A DNA stretch of 64,000 nucleotides from a virus (IMGVR_UViG_3300014208_000025:180967-244966); one strand, 5' to 3'; shown: positions 44,381 through 53,061, counted from the stretch's first letter. Numbers and translations: made by a program. Notes: generated by a model not told the origin, from the sequence alone.

Positions 44381-44455
44381 TGGAGCACATGGAGAATTTT
44401 GAAATCTCGACGTTCACGTTGGAAGCGTGACACTCTGCCTCTGAGTTACATGTGC
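44381..44455 (-). tRNA. tRNA-Gly(UCC)
   Basis: TCACG-CTTCCAA-CGTGA; U73. Confidence 0.9.
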
Positions 44456-44462
44456 GTAAAAT

Positions 44463-44550
44463 TGGTGCAAGTTGATGGAGTTGAACCACCCGAGCCTGTT
44501 AAGGCAACACGTTTACAGCGTGTACCGCTACCTCTACGGGATAAACTTGC
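44463..44550 (-). tRNA. tRNA-Tyr(GUA)
   Basis: ACACG-CTGTAAA-CGTGT; class II arm. Confidence 0.9.
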
Positions 44551-44695
44551 ATTTTTGAAAAACAGACGGAAAACTCTACTTAAACGAATAATTATTTTCG
44601 TTGTCCTGTAGCACTTGCTTTACAATACGGTGTAATACAGCAAGTGTTCCTACTGACCGGCTTCCTAATTCTCCAACACGGAGTTTCTGTTAAAT

Positions 44696-44774
44696 TGGTG
44701 CGCCGAGTGGGTAATGCTCCCACACGAATCGTTCGGGTAAGAACCGAGTGCCCGTCTATTGTGGCTTTCGACGC
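44696..44774 (-). tRNA. tRNA-Lys(CUU)
   Basis: TCGG-TTCTTAC-CCGA; T-loop AGCATTA. Confidence 0.8.
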
Positions 44775-44976
44775 ATTTGATAATTTTTATTTTCTACCTC
44801 CGATGTGTTACTACTACACTACAAGAATTATCAGAAACTTGGTAGGCTTCGTTCCTACGACTCGGGATGTAATCTTTGGTGAGGAAGGAATCGCTTATTC
44901 TAACTCTCATCTTTGACAACTCCAATTAGCTAGATTTCAATCACCATGTTGATTCATGGATTTCCTCATACAAAAA

Positions 44977-45050
44977 TGGTGGTAATACAAGGAATCGAAC
45001 CTTGGTCACGCAATTATCAGTTGCGGGCTTTTCCATTAAGCTATATTACC
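44977..45050 (-). tRNA. tRNA-Ile(GAU)
   Basis: CGCAA-CTGATAA-TTGCG. Confidence 0.95.
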
Positions 45051-45052
45051 AT

Positions 45053-45131
45053 TGGACCCCACTGACAGGATTTAAGCCTGTGTTTCTGCTCTATAACGGA
45101 ACAGCGTCCTAACCATTGAACGACCGTGGGA
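45053..45131 (-). pseudogene. Degenerate tRNA (anticodon ambiguous, possibly UUA)
   Basis: D-arm GTTCAATGGTTAGGAC, T-loop CTTAAAT, 6-bp stem closing CGTTATA; irregular acceptor. Confidence 0.45.
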
Positions 45132-45429
45132 AATTCAGAGGAAGGCTGCTAAGCCAAATCCTCTTGTTCTCAATACCCGACCCAAATCAGATAATTTGCA
45201 GTCTGATTTTCATGAGTTGTCCTGCAAGGACAGGTTGGTATGTATTGAAATTTAATTAAATCCAATTGAAGAGTTTGTAAACACACCAAACTCCATGCGG
45301 ATAATGGTTTTCAGGATGATAATCGTTTCTTAAAACCGAAACGTTCCAATCCCTTGACATCTGAAAATGCCATTTCAGTATTCGTATATTGATTATTAGG
45401 TTGCTCATATTAAGTTGTTTGTTGATTAT

Positions 45430-45515
45430 TGGTGCTGCCGGTGGGATTCGAACCCACGATGTTTGTTTACCTGATTAAAAGTCAGGTGCCTTCGGCCAAC
45501 TCGGCGCACGACAAC
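45430..45515 (-). tRNA. tRNA-Lys(UUU), enlarged (12-nt) variable region
   Basis: CCTGA-CTTTTAA-TCAGG. Confidence 0.85.
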
Positions 45516-45528
45516 ATACTATAAAAAC

Positions 45529-45604
45529 TGGCTGGAGCAGCAGGATTTGAACCTGCATATCATTGTTTAACAAACAATTTCATTACCAATTATGATACAC
45601 TCCA
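45529..45604 (-). tRNA. tRNA-Asn(GUU)
   Basis: ATTGT-TTGTTAA-ACAAT; G73. Confidence 0.9.
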
Positions 45605-45669
45605 ATTAAACGGTTACGCTCAACCGAAAAGTCTCACAATTTCTATGCGGGTTAGTGATACCCTTAAAT

Positions 45670-45745
45670 TGGCAGACGGGATAGGAATTGAACCTACAAC
45701 ACGGAGTTTTGGAGACTCTATCGCCACCTTGGAACATGCCCGTCT
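45670..45745 (-). tRNA. tRNA-Trp(CCA)
   Basis: GAGT-CTCCAAA-ACTC; G73. Confidence 0.9.
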
Positions 45746-45787
45746 ATGTTAAAAATTGTTGCGTGTCTCTCCCCACGCCTGTCAAGC

Positions 45788-46291
45788 CTACATGGGCTTT
45801 TTTAAATTTCTTTGTTTCAATTTTAATCCTTCTAAATATAATTCTTCTTGTTTAAATAACTCATCATCAAGTGGATTATAACCTTTCTTTTTCCAGCGGC
45901 AACGTCTAACATTTCTCAATCTCGATTTTGCTTGTTGAAATGTAATTGGAATTTCTTCTTTTATTTTATTGTGTTCTCCGACGTGGCATTTTCTACAGAG
46001 AGTTTTCAAATCTGAAACGGTTACGTCATACAAATTCTTATACGAAATATGATGAACATCTAAATGTTTATCCGTTCCACATACTTCACACATTAGATTC
46101 ATTAAAAGCTTTTTGGACCTTAATTCTTTCCAATGGTCAGATTTCAAATACACATTCCAGTAATAATCTGAATCTGTTAAATAAAAACTTGTTTTTTGTT
46201 TGCCTACTGAAATTCTGGTTTTTACAAATTTGATTTGTTTAGGTTTATAATATTTGATTGCTTTGGAAATTATATTAGATGATGAATACAT
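45788..46291 (-). CDS. HNH endonuclease (167 aa)
   Basis: CEVCG...LDVHHISY...DLKTLCRKCH. Confidence 0.85.
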   Translation of the reverse strand: MYSSSNIISKAIKYYKPKQIKFVKTRISVGKQKTSFYLTDSDYYWNVYLKSDHWKELRSKKLLMNLMCEVCGTDKHLDVHHISYKNLYDVTVSDLKTLCRKCHVGEHNKIKEEIPITFQQAKSRLRNVRRCRWKKKGYNPLDDELFKQEELYLEGLKLKQRNLKKPM

Positions 46292-46502
46292 GGTTAAAGT
46301 ATATCACACCGTCTAATCAAAGTCAATACATTTTATATTAACAACGAACGCCATGTTATCTCTGAGCTAATATCAGAGTCCGGGTTCTGGTTTTACCCAT
46401 AACACCCCATGACCGATAAGTGATTTTTTATACCATAGCACCAGTTTTACTGGAGGCTCACTGTAAGAGTTCTAAGCCTATACTAACAAAATTCACACTA
46501 AT

Positions 46503-46544
46503 AAAAAACAAAAACCGCCAACTTCTTTCGGAGTCGGCGGTTTT
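46503..46544 (-). terminator. Intrinsic terminator (candidate attenuator terminator)
   Basis: AAAACCGCCGACT-CCGAAAGA-AGTTGGCGGTTTT followed by a U-rich tract. Confidence 0.75.
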
Positions 46545-46568
46545 CAAAGTCTTCTATTCGTCTGAGCG

Positions 46569-46703
46569 TTATCCGCCGCTCCTTCCTGCTTTATCAAATT
46601 GATTATATGACTTATGCCACATCGGCGTTTCGACAGAACAGGCGTCCTCACCCTCAATCGAGGGGATACTTGGCAACCGTTCTAATATCGTTCTTGTTTT
46701 CAT
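46569..46703 (-). CDS. Putative leader peptide (44 aa)
   Basis: ATG 14 nt after the -10 hexamer; MKTRTILERL...GRSGG-stop; ends 25 nt before the terminator. Confidence 0.4.
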   Translation of the reverse strand: MKTRTILERLPSIPSIEGEDACSVETPMWHKSYNQFDKAGRSGG

Positions 46704-46716
46704 CGTTACACCAATA

Positions 46717-46744
46717 ACTATATCACGAGTTTGAAAAGTGTCAA
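46717..46744 (-). promoter_or_regulatory. Sigma70-type promoter
   Basis: TTGACA-N16-TATAGT. Confidence 0.7.
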
Positions 46745-46934
46745 GCTTTTTAAGAATCTTTTTCTGACCCGAAGATTCTTTCTAAAAGTCGTTCTTCGGG
46801 ACTCTTTGAGAGATACTTTTCATACTTCGCTTCGATAGCCGTTTGGTCATCTACTGTATTAACATCATAACCCAAAGGTGGTTGATTGTCAATATCTTTT
46901 TTCATCTTTGTGTAAATAGTTGATTTTCAGTTAT

Positions 46935-48443
46935 TTATGTTACGTCTCGTTTACCACATCTCGTACATTGATAAACGCTAACATTTCGTTGAGATTTTCC
47001 AATGTGGCTATGTCGTTTTGGCATGATTTCCCAATTATGACCATCTTTTTCACAATCTCCCTCTTCATATTCAAAATCGTTTTCCGGCGGCATCTTAGCG
47101 TCATATGCTTGTCGGGATTTATCAAAATTTATATCCTTCCAAAAACTTTCTTCGACACCTACTGGTTCAGTTGGTTTGGCTTGTTTGGATTTCTCTTCCC
47201 AAATCTTATCCAGTTCACCAATAATGAAATCAGCCGTTTTCTTGATAACTGTTAGGTTTTGACGAATGGAATCTTTATTGGCACCCTTCAATGCCAAATA
47301 GTTCGCTTGATGTTCCACCGGCAATCCATAGTATTTAATAACAATGAAGGAAACCGACTCGGCCTGTAACTCAACGGTTGCATGTGACAAGTTTTCTTCG
47401 CCCACATAAAATGGTGAAGTCTTCTTGAAATGAAGCAGTTCATGAGCAATCTCGTGAATGACGGTGGCCGCTTTGTTAACTCCGGCAACATCACTTGAAA
47501 TATTAATGTGATCGCCTGCGGCGTAACCTTGTTCCCCACGTTTGGATGCTTCTTGACCCATTTTTATACCCATGTTATCCGCGAGTTCTTTCGTGCATTC
47601 AAAAAGTTCTTCGGCCTTGATATTCGGTTCATTGCTACCGTGCCATTCAGGCTCAGTGATTTCTCCGCGAGCATCAATTGATTCCGTGTCCGAAATATCA
47701 AACACGGATACTGCCATGAAACGCATGTAACGTTGTGGCTTCTTTTCTGCCGAACCATCATCAGGACCCGTTCCCGCCAATGGAGATTGTGGAATTGGAG
47801 ATACCGTAGCCTTTTGGGTATCGTCTTCCTTTTTCTTGACGGTGATAGGAGCCAGAATGGAAATGGATTTAGCACCCTTCTTGACACGACGATGAAACTT
47901 TTCTTCCCATTGTTTGTAACCAGCCACGCGAGTAGCCTTTGGATTCTGCAAATAAATCAACAAGGTGTTGTGGAAACTATAACCACGAAATTTGGCATTG
48001 AAGGTCAAAAAGTTTTTGACTACGGCGGAGATACTGGCCGCATCAACTGCGGTGCTCAGTTCATCAATGAAGCCATCAATCTTCTGACCCAATTCATCCT
48101 TCTTGGAAAGGTTGTCGGTGTTCTGGAGAAACTCAGGAATTTCTTCAACCTTTTCAATGAACTTTTCCAATGGGGATTTACTGATTCCGGATAACACTTC
48201 TTGAGCCTTGCGTAATTGAGATTGGTCAATTGTCCACGAATTGATAATACCATCCCAACGGAAACCAGCCTCTTTCAACTTGTTCTTGTTACGGAATGTT
48301 TCGGCAGATTGACTCTTACGGTCGTCGGCATCGGATACCACGACAAGTTTGCCTTCGTGACGTTTAAGAATCAGGTTTTCAAGGATAATATGATCTTCTT
48401 CAAAGCATTCACGAATAAGGTTTTTGATGTCGAGTATTTCCAT
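46935..48443 (-). CDS. ArdC-like ssDNA-binding plus zincin protein with N- and C-terminal extensions (~502 aa)
   Basis: YSFHNTLLIYLQNPKATRVAGYKQW...VKKGAKSI.I; HEIAHELLH..ELQAES; C-terminal CEKDGH...CTRC. Confidence 0.8.
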   Translation of the reverse strand: MEILDIKNLIRECFEEDHIILENLILKRHEGKLVVVSDADDRKSQSAETFRNKNKLKEAGFRWDGIINSWTIDQSQLRKAQEVLSGISKSPLEKFIEKVEEIPEFLQNTDNLSKKDELGQKIDGFIDELSTAVDAASISAVVKNFLTFNAKFRGYSFHNTLLIYLQNPKATRVAGYKQWEEKFHRRVKKGAKSISILAPITVKKKEDDTQKATVSPIPQSPLAGTGPDDGSAEKKPQRYMRFMAVSVFDISDTESIDARGEITEPEWHGSNEPNIKAEELFECTKELADNMGIKMGQEASKRGEQGYAAGDHINISSDVAGVNKAATVIHEIAHELLHFKKTSPFYVGEENLSHATVELQAESVSFIVIKYYGLPVEHQANYLALKGANKDSIRQNLTVIKKTADFIIGELDKIWEEKSKQAKPTEPVGVEESFWKDINFDKSRQAYDAKMPPENDFEYEEGDCEKDGHNWEIMPKRHSHIGKSQRNVSVYQCTRCGKRDVT

Positions 48444-48485
48444 ATGGACATAAATATGGGAAGAAAGGGTAGGATACAAAGAAAC

Positions 48486-48653
48486 TTAGTTGCCATCCAT
48501 GATGACTTGCTGTGGAAAGTAAATTTCGACATCATTCGACTTATCCATTTCCGCCAATTCTTCGGCTGTATAATAGTTTCCATCAGCTTTCCAAGCCTGT
48601 TTTCCTTCTGCATAAGCACACCAAGGGGAGTTTTCGAAGTCTTCTTTTGTCAT
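48486..48653 (-). CDS. Small hypothetical protein (55 aa)
   Basis: MTKEDFENSPWCAYAEG..., read manually. Confidence 0.5.
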   Translation of the reverse strand: MTKEDFENSPWCAYAEGKQAWKADGNYYTAEELAEMDKSNDVEIYFPQQVIMDGN

Positions 48654-48659
48654 AAAAAT

Positions 48660-48735
48660 TGGAGCCCAAGGACGGTACTGCCCCGTCGCCTCAACTTTAC
48701 CAAAGTCGTGTACTAACTTTTATACTACATGGGCC
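48660..48735 (-). tRNA. tRNA-Thr(GGU)
   Basis: CGACT-TTGGTAA-AGTTG; variant T-loop GGCAGTA. Confidence 0.85.
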
Positions 48736-49152
48736 TTGAAAATAAGAAACATCGTGACTTTCCGTTTATCCTAGTAGTCTTGCGTTCGGGACAGGCACAA
48801 GGTTGTTCATCACAATCCTAGTCACACGATTGGCCACTTTTGCCGTTTTATGTTTCTCTAAATGACATGGGTGGCGGTGATTCCAAACCAACCTATTCCT
48901 GTTCGGGTGAGGTTTCCCTCTTGAAACAAGTAATCAAAGCGTTATTCGTTTTCACGAACCCTTCGAGCTTCGGTGCGTACCCTTAGCACGCCTTTGTCAA
49001 AAATTCTTGTACGGATTCAATCTTAGTCTTGTTACCTTGACCATATTCAATCAAGGATTGTATGGTTTCTTCCGAAGCATCAAACTTCGTTACTCGTTCA
49101 CCGAGTATTTCATTCCACAACTGACTGAATCGTTCGTATTTCATATTCAAAT

Positions 49153-49234
49153 TGGTAGGCATGGCAGGACTTGAACCTGCATTTTCATTCCAATTATACG
49201 ACTACCGGTTCGAAGCCGGTGCTAATACATGCCC
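49153..49234 (-). tRNA. Rearranged tRNA-Arg(UCG), same architecture as 40429..40510
   Basis: GGGCATG-tattagc-ACCGG cttcgaa CCGGT-ag-TCGT ataattgga ATGA-aaat-GCAGG ttcaagt CCTGC-CATGCCT-ACCA. Confidence 0.7.
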
Positions 49235-49235
49235 G

Positions 49236-49439
49236 TTACTTAACACTCCAAAATCCAAAAAGATAACCAACGACACCACCAACAACACTTCCAACTCCAC
49301 CGAAAACCGTTCCAATGGCCGCTCCACCAGAAGCACATGCGATTCCTGTCGTCATTTTATCCGAAAAGGTTTCCCATTTCATACCGTCAAAAATCATCGG
49401 CCTGTCGAGAATGTTCTTCTCGGTTTGCCTGTCTTTCAT
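49236..49439 (-). CDS. Small glycine-zipper membrane protein (67 aa)
   Basis: GGAAIGTVFGGVGSVVGGVVG. Confidence 0.55.
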   Translation of the reverse strand: MKDRQTEKNILDRPMIFDGMKWETFSDKMTTGIACASGGAAIGTVFGGVGSVVGGVVGYLFGFWSVK

Positions 49440-49581
49440 ACTCTAACCGAGCTTCTTCTTCCAACATTTTTAGAGCATATACGTCACGACCGTAATATGG
49501 GTCGCCGTAACACATTGAACAACTTAGTCCCTGACCATCCGGAATGGGCGAACCACAACTTGTGCAATAGGTTTGACTCAT
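49387..49581 (-). CDS. Small Zn-ribbon protein (64 aa)
   Basis: CTSCG...CSMC. Confidence 0.5.
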   Translation of the reverse strand: MSQTYCTSCGSPIPDGQGLSCSMCYGDPYYGRDVYALKMLEEEARLEYERQANREEHSRQADDF

Positions 49582-49613
49582 AAATAGAAAGGTATCACAT
49601 AATGCTACGGTTG

Positions 49614-49949
49614 TCAACCATAAAAATTCACCGTTCCTTGGAAACACTTTGGTTTCTCACAAGGCATCCATTTTCGGTTATCCCAATCATGTCGATACCA
49701 CCATTCGTTGTCGCCCAAACCGGGGTAACAACCTTCCCATAGTCCTTCAATCACAATGTAGTTGTAATACCCACACTCGTCAAGCCAGTTTTCTTCGACA
49801 CACAACTTCGCTCTTTCAAGAGTTCTATAAAACCCCACCAACCGAGAGCGTTGTTCCAACTCTCTCCACGACGTTGTTTTCAAATCAGCGTCGGGTTTCG
49901 CTGTGTAGAGACTCGTAATTGTGTAAACAAATATTTCTGATTCAATCAT
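49614..49949 (-). CDS. Hypothetical protein (111 aa)
   Basis: ORF track. Confidence 0.55.
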   Translation of the reverse strand: MIESEIFVYTITSLYTAKPDADLKTTSWRELEQRSRLVGFYRTLERAKLCVEENWLDECGYYNYIVIEGLWEGCYPGLGDNEWWYRHDWDNRKWMPCEKPKCFQGTVNFYG

Positions 49950-49962
49950 AACTCGCTAAATT

Positions 49963-50038
49963 TGGTGGGTCATCCGGGACTCGAACCCGGAATAAAAGCT
50001 TCGTAGGCTTCTGTGATATCCAATTTCACCAACAACCC
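49963..50038 (-). tRNA. tRNA-Arg(ACG)
   Basis: GAAGC-CTACGAA-GCTTT; canonical D-arm GGTG-AAATTGGATA-TCAC. Confidence 0.95.
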
Positions 50039-50041
50039 ATT

Positions 50042-50113
50042 TGGTAGCAAAGATGAGTGCCGACCTCATTTGTTCGTGCTTATGAGACACAAACCCTTGC
50101 CGAAGGCTCTGCT
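50042..50113 (-). tRNA. Atypical CAU tRNA with 4-nt D-loop and non-consensus T-loop
   Basis: AGCAGAG/CTTTGCT+ACCA; CCTT-CGGC-AAGG; TGTGT-CTCATAA-GCACG; ATGAG-GTCGGCA-CTCAT. Confidence 0.6.
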
Positions 50114-50221
50114 ATTCATCAATAAGTATATCCCAAATAATGAAGATGTCAAGCATGTTTCAACAAAATCTTTATATGTATGTGATGTAGTCTAAATGTT
50201 ATAATAGATAAAACTAATAAT

Positions 50222-50791
50222 ATGAAAACATGTCTAAAATGTTCCAAAAACTTTCCACTAACAATAATAATAGATAACAAACGAAGAAATTTGTCAAAGA
50301 GAAAATATTGTTTAACGTGTTCTCCGTTTGGATTACACAATACCAAAAATCTTTTATCTGACAATTTCGTGTTCGTTAAAGATGGTATTTCATACAAAAA
50401 ATGTCCGTCATGTCAAAAAATATTAGAACTTACATCCGAAAACTATTACATAAGAAAACGTGGAATGTTTCATTATTATTGCAAAATATGCAACGATTCC
50501 AAATCAATTGCCAGAAAAAGAAAAAGTAGAGAACTGGCGGTTCAATATAAAGGTGGAAAGTGTGTATTTTGTGGGTATAATAGATACATCGGTTCAATGC
50601 ACTTTCATCACACTGACCCATCTAAAAAAGAATTCAACATATCCGATTTCAAAACACATGATTTTGAAAAACTAAAAGTTGAACTGAATAAGTGTATTTT
50701 AGTATGTTCAAACTGTCATGGTGAAATTCATGGAAAGGTTATCACACCAACAATCCAACATGGGAACTTGTCAATGTTCCATTTACGTTAG
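50222..50791 (+). CDS. HNH homing endonuclease (189 aa)
   Basis: CVFCGY...MHFHHTDPSKKEF...CILVCSNCHGEIH. Confidence 0.85.
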   Translation: MKTCLKCSKNFPLTIIIDNKRRNLSKRKYCLTCSPFGLHNTKNLLSDNFVFVKDGISYKKCPSCQKILELTSENYYIRKRGMFHYYCKICNDSKSIARKRKSRELAVQYKGGKCVFCGYNRYIGSMHFHHTDPSKKEFNISDFKTHDFEKLKVELNKCILVCSNCHGEIHGKVITPTIQHGNLSMFHLR

Positions 50792-51137
50792 TAACCGCCA
50801 CATAGTAACTTCCGGTGTTTGCGGCAATGATATTGTAAACCGTCAAAGTCATTGTTTGACTGCCTGTAAAATGAGCACCGTCACTGATATTGGTTGACCC
50901 TGAAACCCATTGGTATGCCAAGTTGTCAAATGGACCTGCTGGGCCCGCCGACACTGAAAACGATATGGTTGCACCAATCGAACCGCTTACATCCACCGGT
51001 TGTCGGTCAATGAACGGAGTTATGAAATAGATTGGAAGACTTCCTGACCCAACTTGTTCAATATCTCCCAATCCTTGCCAACTTGGAACGTTAACAATAT
51101 ATTTTTTTCCGTTCTTGAAGATGATTCTTTTTTGCAT
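50742..51137 (-). CDS. Immunoglobulin-like domain protein (131 aa)
   Basis: FSVSA...AYQW...TLTVYNIIAANTGSYYVAVTN. Confidence 0.7.
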   Translation of the reverse strand: MQKRIIFKNGKKYIVNVPSWQGLGDIEQVGSGSLPIYFITPFIDRQPVDVSGSIGATISFSVSAGPAGPFDNLAYQWVSGSTNISDGAHFTGSQTMTLTVYNIIAANTGSYYVAVTNVNGTLTSSHVGLLV

Positions 51138-51171
51138 ACCTTACCCAATAAATAGGTAGAGATATGACAAA

Positions 51172-51384
51172 TCACCAACCATTCCACGAGTCATATTTGA
51201 AAACTTCATAAATGGCGTCCTTCAAGGATTTGTTAGACTTGTTTACATCAACACGACAAATACCCCAATCTTCCACTTTATCAATGTCGATGTGAAACTT
51301 AGTTTTCAATAATTCCGTAATTTGTTTGATAGCTAACTCAGCGTTTTCTCGGTTGGAATCTGGTCCCATTACAGGCATAATCAT
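51172..51384 (-). CDS. Hypothetical protein (70 aa)
   Basis: ORF track. Confidence 0.5.
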   Translation of the reverse strand: MIMPVMGPDSNRENAELAIKQITELLKTKFHIDIDKVEDWGICRVDVNKSNKSLKDAIYEVFKYDSWNGW

Positions 51385-51680
51385 TTCCCTTTCTTCTGTC
51401 GTTTGGATAGACAGTCACCACAAACGAAGGTCGTTTCATCCTTGACACACAAAAATGGTTGATTTTTCTTACAATCCTCACATGTCAAAACACGCAAGTC
51501 GTATTCAAAATGTCGATCCGGTGGGAACGGCCGGAGCATTGCCTTCAATTCTGGAGAGTATTCTACCAACAAGCAAGCATGGTCAGTTCCAACATACGCT
51601 ATTTCACCAAGTTTCTTGTTGAAGGCGTTCTGAAACTTACGCAAGTCTTTGAATTCATTTTCGGTAAATATAACTTTCAT
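51381..51680 (-). CDS. Hypothetical Zn-finger protein (99 aa)
   Basis: CEDC...CGDC. Confidence 0.5.
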   Translation of the reverse strand: MKVIFTENEFKDLRKFQNAFNKKLGEIAYVGTDHACLLVEYSPELKAMLRPFPPDRHFEYDLRVLTCEDCKKNQPFLCVKDETTFVCGDCLSKRQKKGK

Positions 51681-51710
51681 GAAATTAACCTATCACATGG
51701 ATATAAAAAG

Positions 51711-51980
51711 TCAAGCAGTAAATTCAGGATGCTTTTTCTGGATTAAGAGAATCTTATCTTGTCGTTTAAGACATTTAATTTGGTATTCACGTTGAGCGGA
51801 TTTGGCTCGTGTGTCGAATTCTTCAAAGTAAACCAATTTAGCAGGCAACCGTTTCGAGACATACTTTGACCCCTTACCTTCGTTGTGAACCTTTACACGG
51901 TCTTCGACATTCAATGTCCATCCACAGTAAAAACTGCCATCTGAGCATTGCACAATGTATGTATATGATTTTTCCATCAA
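51711..51980 (-). CDS. Small GIY-YIG nuclease (UPF0213/YhbQ-like)
   Basis: YTYIVQCSDGSFYCGWT..RVKVHNEGKGSKY...AQREYQIK. Confidence 0.85.
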   Translation of the reverse strand: MMEKSYTYIVQCSDGSFYCGWTLNVEDRVKVHNEGKGSKYVSKRLPAKLVYFEEFDTRAKSAQREYQIKCLKRQDKILLIQKKHPEFTA

Positions 51981-52178
51981 TAGAATGCTCCTTTAACAAT
52001 ATCAGTTTGCCACCACGCATCCTGACTCCGTTCTTTCAATTCTTCGATCCGAAAGTTAGCACTATCTTCTGTGCCACATGTTCGTTCATAGAATACACAA
52101 TCGTCTTTTTTGTAGTAAACGTAGTAGTGAATCATAGGTTGATTTCAGAGTCAGGATTCATTACAACGTTCTATCGGT

Positions 52179-52379
52179 TCAACCGTTTGTTTGATATCCC
52201 CACAAACACATTGCATCCGCTGACCAGCCACACTTTGGACACCGATGTACATCGCCCGATGAATCTCGTTCACAGGAGCCGGAGGTATCAATATCACATT
52301 CAGTATAACAGACAGGACAACGTCCTTTGCTGTCAAAATAAAACTGAATTTCTTGTTCTCGTTCGGTCATGTTTTTCAT
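52179..52379 (-). CDS. Small Zn-ribbon protein (66 aa)
   Basis: CPVC...CPKC. Confidence 0.45.
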   Translation of the reverse strand: MKNMTEREQEIQFYFDSKGRCPVCYTECDIDTSGSCERDSSGDVHRCPKCGWSADAMCLWGYQTNG

Positions 52380-52380
52380 A

Positions 52381-52677
52381 TCAATGATACTTGTTTTTGT
52401 CTCGGAACCTGCCGGGTTGTGATTTGAATAACACCGTCGTCGGTTGTTTCAGTCTCCACTTGAGGAATTTCTGAAACTTCTCGGTTTGAAGGATTGACTC
52501 GACCGTATTGTAAACGTCACGCAGTTCATTGTGTGTCCAAGTCTTGTGAATGAATGACTCGCACGTTTCACAGGTTGGCACAATTTCCGTTCCACCTTTG
52601 GATTTGGGCGTCACATGATGACCCCTTGTAAGAGTGGTCAATCCACAGAACACACATTTATTTACTTCCGTTGCCAT
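52381..52677 (-). CDS. Small HNH protein (98 aa)
   Basis: CVFCG...TRGHHVTPKSKGG...CETCESFIH. Confidence 0.75.
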   Translation of the reverse strand: MATEVNKCVFCGLTTLTRGHHVTPKSKGGTEIVPTCETCESFIHKTWTHNELRDVYNTVESILQTEKFQKFLKWRLKQPTTVLFKSQPGRFRDKNKYH

Positions 52678-52830
52678 TTATTTCCTCTACGGTTTCGATA
52701 TCCTCAGAAGAACAATCAAGATACTTTTTACAGACAGGACAATAGAATCCCCAATCGAAAGTGGTACACATTGGTGCATTATCCCAATATTCAATGTCGG
52801 GAGATTTACATGTTTTGCAGACCCAAAATG

Positions 52831-53061
52831 TCATTCATTTCCTCTTATTTCATTAGCCACTTCTTCGTCGGTTAACCATTCAATTTCCAAAGCAATCACC
52901 CCATCTGACCTCCGAACCTTTACCGTTCTCTCAAACATCTGCCCATGAAAATCGTCGTTCTCTTTGACCCATGCACCATCTCCCCGGGCAACAACAGAAT
53001 CCCACGTTCCGCTTGGTTTGTAATCTTGATACGAATCAATGATGGTGTCAATTTTCATCAT
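52831..53061 (-). CDS. Hypothetical protein (76 aa)
   Basis: ORF track. Confidence 0.5.
   Translation of the reverse strand: MMKIDTIIDSYQDYKPSGTWDSVVARGDGAWVKENDDFHGQMFERTVKVRRSDGVIALEIEWLTDEEVANEIRGNE

Noticed and set aside
45053-45131. Ochre suppressor tRNA (UUA)
   Set aside because: G33/U37, a non-consensus T-loop and an irregular acceptor make function unlikely; kept only as a pseudo-tRNA.
45169-45249. Hammerhead or purine riboswitch
   Set aside because: Core CTCATGA deviates and GAAA is absent; purine-riboswitch junction bases are absent.
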